A DNA stretch of 64,000 bases from Lingula anatina (Eukaryota > Animalia > Brachiopoda). The position numbers and the translations under genes are program-made. The notes under the pieces were generated by a model that worked only from the letters and a program-made list of their open reading frames with translations, had not been told where the DNA came from and ran no database searches. Of this stretch, positions 1 through 12,440 are shown in pieces; position 1 is the stretch's first letter; each line of letters opens with the position of its first letter. Location of the stretch: NCBI GenBank assembly GCA_051362555.1, contig CM120641.1, forward strand, positions 32,122,401-32,186,400, read 5' to 3'.

Positions 1-387
1 CACTTTTAAAACAAATATCATCATTGTCATAAAAAACAACTGTTGACTCAATCATATCCATGTTGACTAGTGTATCCTTATATGTACTGCTAGTAACAAT
101 TATTTTACTATTTTGTATGGTTGGACTCTTTTTATATACCATACCAGCATTAATGTTATCAATTATATAATTGCTGTTTTACATTTTCTAGGGCTATATG
201 TTCATTTGTTTGAAACCATAAGAATGTTGCTGTTTGTCATCAGCTCAAATCAGCAAATTCATCCCGATGTATTTTGTAATGTGACAGCATTATCTCATAA
301 CATGACAATGTTTTATTCTGCACTCTCAAAGTAGATATATAAGGTAATAGATCCTAACTTTTTGAACCACGTCCTTGAAGCAAACTT

Positions 388-627
388 TCAGTCTACAGTA
401 AAAACTTGAAAATTTACTCGGTCTTGAAAATTTTTTCAGAAGACAATTCTCCACTGACATATTTTTTTTTTTTTTTTCACTTTAAAAATTTCATCAAACT
501 TGAAAATGGGCCACTGGATAATTTTGAAAAGTTCTTCACCTAATAGTGCCACGTCAGATTCAGGCATTTTCAAATATTAATTAATTTTTAAGTGACAAAA
601 TTTTCAAGTTTTTCTTCAGTGGATCTG
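388..627. mobile_element. Degenerate inverted-repeat element
   Basis: Ends TCAGTCTACAGTAAAAACTTGAAAATTT and AAATTTTCAAGTTTTTCTTCAGTGGATCTGG are approximate reverse complements. Confidence 0.4.
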
Positions 628-657
628 GCCTTTATTTTGTCAGAACTTTGACCCTAC

Positions 658-3508
658 CAGGTACCACTCTTGTTGTGGCCACTCCGGGTCATTTAACTCT
701 TCCCTGACCTCTCTGGTCTTATAGGACTGCTGCTCACACCACACAATCTGGAAAGACCACAAAATGATTTCAATGAAATTAAGAATTAATTGTACAAGAA
801 AACATGCACGCAATCATTTAAAATGTAATACATAGTTGTTAATTGTGAATGTGAAAATTCATGTTTTAACAACCAGTATTTGATTATATAATTCTTTTAC
901 TTTAATGTATTTAAGTTTAATAGATCATTTAAGATTTTAAAATAAAGATATCAAGGAAAGAAATCAAACAAGTAACATCCAACAGTCAACAAATTTCATT
1001 TATACCCAACATCTTAATCCCAGGATTTTTTCACTTTAAAGCATTTAGTCTAGCAAGTCTGTTTATAATAAATTTACTCAACTGAAACCTTTTATTCATA
1101 AACTATCTGTTTTAATGTGGCATCACAGTACAGACTTTACATGTAACATGCTCTCATCAGCACACCTGGGAAGCTATCACCTCTGCATGCAGGTAGTTGC
1201 CATTACCTGGAGTTAAACCCTGTTTACACCTGGAGTCTTCCACTTAACTCTCACCTGTATCTGGCTAGTATAAAGCATCTCGCAAATCAGTTTTAAAGTG
1301 CATTTCCATTAGAAATATCATTTTGAAACAGCCTTAGATTCTTTTTAATAATTTTTGTGCAAAAAAAAAATTTTTGTCCACAAACATGTTTTGGTGTGTC
1401 TGTGCAGGCATCACTGGAAGTCTTTAAAAGTTTCTTTTTTCTTTTTTTTTTCTATCTAATCTATGCCATAAAGTTTTCAGCTTACTGGCCATTTGGGACA
1501 CCACTTTCTTAAAATCTACTGGTCTGACTCAAGATGCACTTGTCCAAATAAAAATTTCAATATGACTTCGGGCCTTTTCCCTGCATTGCAGGACCTTGAT
1601 TTTGTTAAACATTTTTTTTAAGAATCATCATGTAACAGGAGCATTTCAGAAAAAAATTCAATCAAATTGAAAGTTCTTTTGAAAACTTACAGTAAAAATC
1701 TAATGGCGATGTAGGACCACTAAATGAAAGTTTGTTGCATTCAATGCAGGCAGACAATGAAATGACTCAAAAATAAAATTCACAAGTCCCCATAATCATT
1801 CACCAACAACTAAATAGTGACCCAAAGTATCTGACAGCCTCCCCTGACTATATAAATGCTGAAATCATTCTCTCAGTGAACATTTTTAATTATAGAGTAC
1901 ATCGTTAGGTCATAGTTATTGTAAAAGTGTACTTGTTCCAAAATATCAAAACAAATAATGAAATTATGAAAGTTATTTAAAATTAGAAACTTAAGAACTA
2001 AAAAAACTGATATAGACTGGAATATTGTCTATGGATTTTGAGAGGACCATTAAAATGAAAACTGCTGACATTTCAAGGCAACTGAATTTTTTCTTAATAA
2101 AGGTATAATGCTCACTGAGTACTTATAAAGTAAAAAAAAAATATAATACTAATGATGATAATCATGATGATAATAAAAGGATTTCCTACTGTTCCTTTAG
2201 CTTTCATCTAGTGTCTATAATTCATTAAAAAAAATTAGTTTCAGAGATTACTGGTCCCGCCTCCATAACAGTGGATCAGCATGCATTTGTAATTGGATGT
2301 GGCAGAGGTACAATGTTTCCAGTAATCTCAGAAAGACAGGGCGCTATAAACCTACCTCTGGATCTTTCCGAATTTCAGCGCATGGGGAGGATTTGTATCC
2401 ATCTGAATCCCACAGGTAGAATTTACCAAATATCTGAAAAATGTCAAACATTGAAAGTCAATCAGAGAACCAACTATCAATGACAATTTAATGTACAACA
2501 AAATGAAGCTTCCCAGCAGAGTATATGGTACATGAGAAATCTTAAATAAATTGCTACACTAAAAGAAATATGCTTCTGAAACTGATAATCTCCAAGGACT
2601 TAATATTCATCCTTGATGTTAGTTGAGTGAGAATAAAGTGTTATATATTATATCTATAAGCATTTTATATCCATTCCTAAAAAAGTATTGAAAAAACATA
2701 AAAACTGAATAGAAGACATAAAACAAAGAAATCCATAGTCACATATTACTACTAGGTCCACAAAAGATGGATGGTGAAAGAAGCAAGATGATTTCTTAAA
2801 ATTATCTGCAATTGTCACTTCAAAAGATTATGCCAATCTAAAAACAAGGCACCAAAGCTATCAAATGTACACACATAAAGCAGAAAAAAATGTTGATGTG
2901 CAAAAAATAGGGTTTAATCAAGTTTAATACAATACTACATAATGTTTCACAGCATAAACACCAACATTTTTCAATTATGTACTAGTACTACGTCACATGG
3001 ACATTTAAAAAAGGAATCCAGTAAGACTGTGTATTTTAGTCCATTTAGTATTTCACTCCAGTTAGTTTGAAGATAATAAGTCACAGAGTTATATACATCT
3101 ATTAATTTTGTTGTGTTTATGGTAATAATTGGATGGTGAAGACATAGACAACAGAGGTAGGTGATGGCTCATTGTATAGACACACTGACAGCGATGGTGA
3201 TATGGACAGACACAATGTTCAGATATTATGCAGACACATGTACCGTAGTGTCTGTATATAAAAATTGGTAACAACAAAATATATTTTGAAGAGATTTTTG
3301 TACTTACATGAACAGCATGTACATATCCATATGTATTAGCAAGGTGTCTGGACAGCTCTGCGTCTTCTCTTAAAAGTTTTACTGCTACAGGTTGCTGTTT
3401 GGTCAAGTTCTGTTTGTTTCCATCAACTAACAAAACACAGGTGAGAACACAAAGGTAAAAAAGCAGCTGTAAACATAGTCTAGACCACTCCTTTATATGG
3501 GCAGTCAT
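658..3508 (-). CDS. Proprotein convertase subtilisin/kexin (furin-like) N-terminus: signal peptide, S8 prodomain and start of catalytic domain; partial, continues off the left edge
   Basis: Three phase-0 GT-AG exons, 3308-3508, 2356-2433 and 658-747, splice to MTAHIKEWSRLCLQLLFYLCVLTCVLLVDG-NKQ...AVKLLREDAELSRHLANTYGYVHAVH|IFGKFYLWDSDGYKSSPCAEIRKDPE|IVWCEQQSYKTREVR-EELNDPEWPQQEWYL. This follows the furin pattern WAV..A..HG...IFGDYY...EPQVQWLEQQ..RTKR...DPKFPQQWYL. Confidence 0.85.
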
Positions 3509-5126
3509 ATCTTTGGTCTTATGTCTTGTTTATCAATATATTAGTAAAATCCCTGAGGCCACACTTTGCGGCTGTGCAAATGTCTGTCTGTGGAATCTTC
3601 CTTAATTCCTGCAGACTTACTGTATTATTTCTGTTCTTTTACACGTAAATGTATATCCAAACTGTAATCCTGTACTCTGTTGTGGCTGGCTATTTTAGAC
3701 CTCACAGAAGCTGAGATTTATAACTGATAGTCAGTGCTTATCATCAGAAGATTTTTTTTCCTGAAATAATATCTCCGAGTTCAATTCCTCTGTGCCCTTT
3801 GCCAATTGGTGTCTGTTGATTCCAAGTCCTTATGTTCAACCTGTAGTATTTATACTATCCTAAGATATCATACATTTGAATACTTCATACACCTTGGGTA
3901 GAATAATCCTAATTAGTCTTAGATCAGAAAAGGGAGAAATCTAAAGACCTGCAGAACATCAACTCATTAGGATCTCACTGTCCACTTTTCTGTACTGTGC
4001 ATTTGAGAGAGCCATAAACCCTAAATATTAATATATACCAATATACATATATTCCTTTCTGGGATTATTTGTAGTTCTGGCAACCATGTGTGCACATTTA
4101 TTACCATTGTGTTATGTCTCCAGCACATGCATTTGCACGCATTTCCAGGTGGAACCAGGCAAACTGTGCCACAGGTAGAGCTCTGTGGCAACATCCATCA
4201 AGCTACAGCACCATTTGTACATTCCTTGTAGATATCCTGAGGTACCTCTTTCGCCAGCAGACCCATTATTTGTGGAATGGAATACTTTGATGTTCCTGAA
4301 CTCTCCCATATATATGTCCTAAACCACTCTCAGACTGCCACTTGTCCAGTCATTAGTTATGATGAGAACAGGGGGAGGGGGCTGCAGTATTGGGATAAAA
4401 ATTACATTTTGGGGAAAAAAATAATGATAACACAACTGTCACGACAGAAAAAAAAAGTCACCATGATAAAATTTGCTTAATTCTTAGGATATCAGTACTA
4501 ATCTTCTCTTACTTTTATGAACAGAGAGAAAATATAAAACATATCCAGTATACTGGTGAACACAGGTAGCATGTGTGTCAGCAATGGATCAGGTTCCAGA
4601 TGTTACCCTCAGCTGGCCTCTGGTTGTTCCTAGTATTACTTCTAGGAGTGAAAACAGTCGGCACCCAATGCAAATACATTACCTGCTCGATCCCTACCTG
4701 TCCACATTATCTCCTTATCACACCTTGTTAAGGAGATTTAGACTGCTCCTTATAACACCCAGGTTTTGTGCTGAGTGCTATTTTTTGCATTCATGTAATT
4801 GTACATGTAGTTGAGGGCAAGGTAAAAAGTTTCAGAACTAATACTGTAAACACATAACTATGCTGTACATTTTTTTTCAAAGGTCATTTGGCATGCAATT
4901 TAGTTATGTTCTACAAGATCATTTATCTGTTAAGTGAAATTGCTACGAGAAACATTTTGAACTTCTTTAATACCAGGATATACAGAGTAAGAAATTGATA
5001 TCTAGATATATGTTTCATTTTCCCCATTTATATTAACTGATATCACTAATCGGTTTAACAAGAATGCTTGTATGTTTGCATTGGTTCTTAAAAGGTCGAC
5101 ATATGTATGTTCAAACACTATCTCTG

Positions 5127-5295
5127 CAGGCCCGTAGCCGGGGGGGGGTTCAGGGGGTTCGAAAGAACCGCCCCTTTTGCTAAGAAAAGGTCCACTTTGG
5201 GTAAAATTTGATCTAGGTATATGAAGTTTTGCTGGAAAAAGGTCCACTTTTTCAGAAAAAGAACCCCCCTTTTCAAAACCCTGGCTACGGGCCTG
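5127..5295. mobile_element. MITE with CAGGCCCGTAGCC TIRs (hAT-like ends), copy 1
   Basis: 13-bp perfect TIR, CTCTG repeated on both flanks, second copy at 32343. Confidence 0.8.
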
Positions 5296-6970
5296 CTCTG
5301 TATAATTGCCTATCACTCAGCAAACCAGTTCCCAGCAGTATTAACCTAAGAGTGCAATTCCAGCAGTGCCATGCACAGAAGAGGTAAAGGTTGGATTACA
5401 GATCACTGCTTAGCATCATTTAATGCATAACATAATACCCCTGGATCAGTGAAAACTTCAGGTGAAACATAAATGTCTGACCTGAGCTGAAGTCTGATAA
5501 GGTTATAGATAGAGATCTCGGGCAGGAAAAAAAACTGATACATTGAATTTCGCTAAGATTGTCAATAATTTTCATAATTATATCAAATGCATCAATAATT
5601 ATATATGATTACCAAGCACCAATGTACTATAGAAAAACAACTAAAAATACTGAACAAAATTATTTTCAAACACAACTTATCTTAATTGTAATAAAATGTG
5701 TAAATTGTAAAACTTACAATTGTGCTCTATAGTAAATTTTCACTGAGTCTTGTAAAAAGGAAGATCTTGAATGCTTTTCAGACAGAAGCAGTAGATTAAT
5801 ATTAACTATTTTAAATAACACAACAGAAATCTTAATATATAACACAACAGAAATCTTAATATACACCATCCATTCATACCAAGGCCAGACAGTTGTTCTG
5901 AGCAATAGCTATAAACTGGACACATCCTTTCATACTTTTATGTGGACTCTTTGCATACCCTGGGGCATCCCCTAAGAACATCCAGCACTTCAAAGGTTAG
6001 CAAGTGCTTATTCAATTGGGAAAATGCCAAGAATTAAAACCCTTTCAAAATTAATATATTACTGCAACATACATGCATTTCATATCTGAATTTTGCATTT
6101 ATGAGGAGCACAAATTTGACATACGAGGATATGTATTCTGCTCTTGGTGGTATTCTCAGTGCAGGACATCCCACTGGTCACAGAATTAACATATTTGTTT
6201 CTGAATGTTCAATTTGAGCTCACACTAGTACTGAACATAATCTAAATTCTAAATATACTCTAATTTCTAATTTGGCAAAAGAAAAAATGTAGTATTTGAC
6301 TGAAATTTACCAAAAATATCACCAGTTTGTTAAAAAAATTGATTTAACTAGATTAATTTCATCTCTTAGGGAATGGAGAGCATAATTTAGTCATTCTTTT
6401 ACTGTATTCAGTATGATGATGCAGATTATGATACACTTCACAAAATTTTTACCTATGTAAAACACTTAATATATCATATTTTATCAATCCTAGCGCCTAT
6501 GAATTTAAGTGGTGACCGTGTTTATAGAAAATAAAAACCCTAGTTACCAACCAGGTGTACACAGACTGATCATGTGCTATGGCTAAGTGCAGAGTGTGAC
6601 CTATGATCTCTTCAACACACTCCCAGAGTGTACAAATCAATGCAGAGATGTTAAGAATTTGTAATCCAGATTTCTGAATTTTTGTCATATCTGTGGAGCA
6701 TGCCATAAATGTTAAAGCACATTTCACAATCAAATCAAATTACTCCAGGGTGAAGAAAAGACATTTCCCAAAAGAGGTGCTTACTGCTGCAGTAAAGAAT
6801 CAAATTCCGCCCTAACGGGACATTCAGAGATTACAAATTAAGAGGTCTGATTCAGAGGCATATATTTTTAATCTTGGTCTGCTCCTCGGCACACGTTTAG
6901 TCATCACTTATAATCACACATTACTTAAAAGTCAAGGTAGATGAAGATAAATAGATATTATTTAATAACA

Positions 6971-6974
<4 letters not shown>

Positions 6975-7028
<54 letters not shown>
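6975..7028. repeat. (TA)n microsatellite
   Basis: Pure TA run. Confidence 0.98.
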
Positions 7029-7031
<3 letters not shown>

Positions 7032-8396
7032 TACTTGATAATAAAGATAAAGATTTTCAAATTCATCAGGCTAATCAAAAAAAAATACACATATACGAAT
7101 TTAACTTTAACTGAATGAGATTTGTAAAAGTGTGATAATTCATCAACAGATCATCCACTATTAAGTCAATGCATTGTGAGCCAGGACCAGCTTGGGTGTG
7201 AGTGTTGTGCACTGTGCAGAACAACTATAAGAGGAGAAGATTGTAATAGGTGTGGTAGATAAAACTGTGGTAGATGTGAATAGCTAAAAGAACTGCCTGA
7301 CAACTGTAGCATTTTATCTACTCTAACTGCGACAGTAATATAAATGCATAGGACTATGTTTTTCAGTTTTTAAAAAATGTAGCATTTAATTTAGCAATGA
7401 CCAAAATGTCGTCATTTTTATCATCTTCATTTACATATTAATCTTTTTTCATTTATTCAGTAATTAAGTCATTTAAATGAAAATTATAATTAACTCCAAA
7501 ATAGTGTTCATATTACCCCCTTTTGCATTCACATCACATATTTTGTGCCTTTGACCATGTTTGTCAAATTTAAATTTAAAATCTTTCTTGTTATCTTTGT
7601 AAGAAATTGACTTGAGATGGATGGGAAGAAATCAAATCTTCCAGTTACAAAATTTATTATAAAAATAATGACTGAAATGTACATATATATAAATATAGGT
7701 GTAAACATTATACAAATATGTTCATTATGCATGTATAATTGTAAGCACTAGGAAGCAAATACAATAGAGACAAGGATCCAGGAAGAGCGCTCTGTGTATA
7801 TCCCTGTCACATGATGTTACAATAGACTGCTAAGCATATTTTGATCAAAGGGCTTTGTGTAAACCCCTTGTTCTGATTAACATTTATCTGGGACTAAATG
7901 TCATTTTCTGAATGAAAAAATGAAAATAAAACAGCTTCAAAAACAGAACATAGCAAACAAATTTTATAACAGCTATTGTGTCTCTAAGCTGATTTCAATG
8001 GCCTTATTTCTTCTGAAATATCTATTGAAACAAGTCAAACTTTTCTTTGTTTTGAAGAACAGTTATTTCAATTTGCATCTCAGAATCAATCTATTCCACC
8101 AAAATACATCCACAAAACACAAAAATATCTGACAAACTTGTCCAAATGCCAATACAGCATTCTTGTTCCTTTCAGTGATGTTTCACCATAGGTTTTCAAA
8201 GGAAGTTCTTGACGAAATATTTACTTGTAAGTGTGTGACAGGTAAGTTAACATCTGCAAAAACATTGGCCTGACATATTGGTGTTAGAAATATTTTTGCA
8301 CATTGCTGATAATATATGATTGTATACTTCCCTATGTTATTCTCTTGAGATATATTTTTCCAATTTATTGCATTAATTTCGAATCCTGTTCCAACC

Positions 8397-8610
8397 TTAG
8401 TCATCCTAAAAAGAAAAGGTTGAGAAATAACCATCATATACATGACAAAAGTTTTATAAGTAAATAAATAGTCAGGTATACGTATATAAAATTAGAAAGA
8501 AAAGAACAGGTAAATTATAAGATTTTCCTGGGCAAATGGCAGCAAATGTGTTTCAATGTATTTTAATAGTGAGTATTCAAAATTAATGTTGGTTAGTTTA
8601 TTCACCAAAT

Positions 8611-8661
<51 letters not shown>

Positions 8662-11600
8662 TCACCCATTCATCCTCATCAACCCCCTGGGTGTCCTCCA
8701 TTTCCTCATGTTGCTGACTCTTCACTGTCATTATCTTGTCTGTCCAAGAGGAACCCACCACCTCCCCTCCTGCATAATTGGACACCGTGGATTTCAGGGT
8801 GTCTAGCTTGGATATGCTGCCTGACAACAGTAAACAGTCACCATTCCATAATTTCTGCATGTTTTTATGTGTCAACCACAATAACATTATTATTGCCAAG
8901 ATGTGACCCATTACCATTATTTACTAATACTTATCTATTTAATTATTAATTAAACAAATTTATTTATTTTTAACTCTTTTTAATGAAAATGTGGCTGATT
9001 ATTGTAGAGAATGATTAATTGGAATAAATTTCACTTAAGTCTTTTTTTTTTTTTTGCTTTTGTCTAAAATAAAGACATTTTAAAAATGATGATATTGTGC
9101 TATTATCTTTTTGACTTTAAGTTATAGAGAGGGATAAGACTGCCATTTAGTGAAAAAGTTGGTAAATATTGTGTGGGTCCATGGGGTTGCCTAGGTCTAT
9201 GATATTATCAGCTCCCAAAAAAAGTCAGAAATCTGCCGATAGTCAGAAAAATCTCATCCCTGTATAAAACAATGCATGCCATGCCTCTCCAATGTAAAAT
9301 CATCATTCTATTTAACTGAATAAAATTAACTTTAAGTTAGAGCCTGTTTGGTAAGAAGACTTACTAATAAAAGGTCCATTCCCCGAGGTTTTAACACGTA
9401 CATCATCCCCCTCTACCAGCTCCAAATGTTCCACAGCCTGCTCCGTCACCCAGAATGACAGACAGTTCTGTGGTCTGTGACGTGTCACTAAAGCATCCAA
9501 CTCCTGCTTTGACACTATTCTTGCCACCTCATCAATAGTAAGTCTGTCAGTGTCTCCTTTGGCTTCTACCTCTGTGATAAAGATGACAATAAGGATACAT
9601 AAACAAGTCTGAGGACAGTTTGTGTTATTCTGAAAGGGAATCTGCATGGCTTAACTTGCTGCCCAGTTTAGTTTAGTTTTTCCTTATTTTTGGTACATAT
9701 GTTTTGTGTAACATTAACTGACAACTGGAATAAAAGTCATAAAATATGGAATCATTTCAAAGATAGTTTTGCTTATGTATTAACAATGATATAGTGATGT
9801 CAAGTTACAATAATTGATCAGATTCATCCAGTTTCTGAGATGACTGGAAACTGACCCTTACTGTCAACCATGCCTCTGGAAGCAATCACAATATAACAAA
9901 GGTTTCTTTTCAGCAACTCTCTTAATATAAACTGAGGATGGTCTTGCAGAATGGGCTTGTGAAAAGATATCTTAACTTCTGCCCTATAACCAACACATAA
10001 AATGAAAAAAAAAGACATTTTCCAGGATTGCATATATTATATGTCAATTAACTTACTGTAAGAAGAGTTCAGAAATCCAGTATTCACTTTCTTGGTCTCA
10101 CTGAAATTTGGTTCAATTTCCTTTCCTGACCTGTCAAACTGGCGTCTGTGGGCCCTACTCACACTGATGTGAAACACAAAATACCTGGTCTGAAATTGTA
10201 GAGTGAAACCTTACTTTACATCAAAAACTGCTCTAGATATGATTGTTTATGTCTATATAGAGAATAACCCAATGATTAAGTGAAATAAGGCATGGGGGTA
10301 ACAATAATTTGGTATTTGTGTTAAAAAAATTATGCCTACAAGTATAAGCTTGGATTGTGTGTTCTCCTTATTGGTCAACCCTAAACATTTAAGGTATAAA
10401 AGTGAAAGTTTTGATATTATCAAATCAAACACTTGATTGACAGACACTGGGATCTGTCAGAAGTCACAAAGGCAGGCATGGCATTTTTCCACTAAAGATT
10501 TTAATTTTTCCTGCGTATCATAAGTAATAAAGGTAGTGTGCACTGTTACAAAATTTTCAGCATTTATTACAAGCATCACATTCCTAAAATATCCCAAATT
10601 TCATTGCAATATCTTCAAAACTGTTGAAGTTTTCGAACTTTGAAATAAGCACATGAGCCACACCAGAGAAACAACAGTAAAAAGGACCCTAGGATCCTTA
10701 AAAGGTGGTGCCATCCCTGGACAATTCTATTTTTTTCCACATAAAGAATAATATAATCCTTTTATATTGCTGTGCATGAGGGAAGAGTTTTTATTAATTT
10801 ATTAAATTTATATTTAGTATCAATATTCAATATCCAGACAATGACATAGACCCCCCATGGAGGTGGTGTCCCTGTGAGTGAGCTAGTCTTGACAGAGAGC
10901 TAATTGAGGAGATGCGCAACAGGTACCCGTCTACAACACCAAGTTTAATTACTGTGTTCTATATTTGTGATGACAGAGGCAAACTCTCCAACCTTTTCTG
11001 ACTTGACATCTGTTATGACATGCCTTGACCTGGCTTGTATAGTGCCCTCCAACAGAATTCCCTGGCCTCTGGATAATAAATACGTACAGTGTTTTAGAAG
11101 AATCATACTAATTAAGTTATTATTCATATAAACAGATAAAATAGTATGTTCTAAATGTAAAGAGCTTCACGCTCAACTGTCACCCTGATTTGTTAACAAA
11201 CCTGGTAAATGCAATTGGACTAGTACTTAGTATATGCATTATTGGGAATCCATGCTTGCTTTATACTAAGATCTAATAAACGGATATATTAGATCTTAGC
11301 TTTATATTCAATAAGTCAGATACTGGGGGACTTACCGGGTTGTGTTATGTAGCCAGTCGTGTTTAAAGATCAAAATATACTACAATGAATCACATTTGAT
11401 TGATATGTGACAACTTACCAGTTAAATTGTTTTGGTATTTCACTACACAGATAGACGAGTGTTGAGTTTTCATTGCATCAGGGAAATGTTCGGTAACTAA
11501 GGTATAGGCACTAGTATATAGTACGCAGTAATGAACAAGTGTTTTCTGTAGTCAATCTTGGCGTTGTAGAATAAGAGCATTATTATATGTACTTATATGA

Positions 11601-12161
11601 TATTTGAAAAAAATAGAGGACTCTGGTTCTTTTCACTCTGCCACACTTGAAATTAGAATGAATTTACCCTAAATCTATGCAAGAAACCCATAGGATCTGT
11701 TATTCTACATTCTATATATAGAACCTACTGCAAGTACAAATTGCCAAGATGTCCTTGACAAACAGAATTGCAACTACTTTCTCAATAAATTCATGTTTAC
11801 GTCAACAACATTATTATTCATAGTATTTCTACTTGAGGCCAGCGGTAACGAATAATGAAGTTATTGCCCTTGTTGCTTACCTGTTCACTTATCAATCCAG
11901 TACTCTATTCACTTGTTAATTCTACTGAGACTGACAGTGATGATGCAGGGGTCATATATAATTACATACATGTACCTGGGTTTGTTCATTGAGAAGTTTA
12001 TTCTTGTAAAGTCGAGCAAAAGAGGGAGCAAAAGCAATGTCCTCACTGAGTGGATTAACTTTAACTTACTCTTGATATTGCCTCGGTTCCCAAGTCCCAC
12101 CCAAATTGTGATTTTCAACTGGCAAAGATTGCAGCGGTTTATTATCGTAGATCCGACTCAT
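8397..12161 (-). CDS. ARPIN: Arpin, Arp2/3 complex inhibitor (223 aa, 6 exons)
   Basis: Exons 12070-12161, 10993-11068, 10057-10189, 9365-9571, 8666-8820 and 8397-8405, all GT-AG and phase-consistent. Protein MSRIYDNKPL...GILLEG...EIEPNFSETKKVNTGFLNSSYKVEAKGDTDRLT...SWTDKIM...GVDEDEWDD* closely matches human Arpin, including the acidic C-terminal Trp motif. Confidence 0.97.
8615..8659. repeat. (GA)n microsatellite immediately after the ARPIN exon 5 donor
   Basis: Pure AG run. Confidence 0.98.
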
Positions 12162-12440
12162 GTCTTTTCCCGTGAACGATATGTACAAAGCGAGGTTGGT
12201 CTGGCGAGGCCTTTTCCTCTTTTCCCTTTCGTTCTCTCCAAGATAAGCCTGTGACCCTTACATCATATTCTTATTATGCCCATTTTGTTTATTTATATTG
12301 ATGCAATCGGTCATATAGACTTGATGCAAAAGTGTTTTTTTTTCTATTGTTGTATCAGATTTATCCGTCGCAATATATTTGAATCACACTTTTTGTTTTT
12401 TCGGAACGTTGTAAGGAACATGACCGACCTTGACCTTAAA
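12162..12440. promoter_or_regulatory. Bidirectional promoter shared by ARPIN and COA8
   Basis: 279 bp between divergent start codons, relatively CpG-rich, with TGACCGACCTTGACCTT nuclear-receptor-like half sites at 12421-12437. Confidence 0.7.

Noticed and set aside
5002-5316. 104-aa ORF
   Set aside because: Translation of a MITE, as is 32203-32409. Not a gene.
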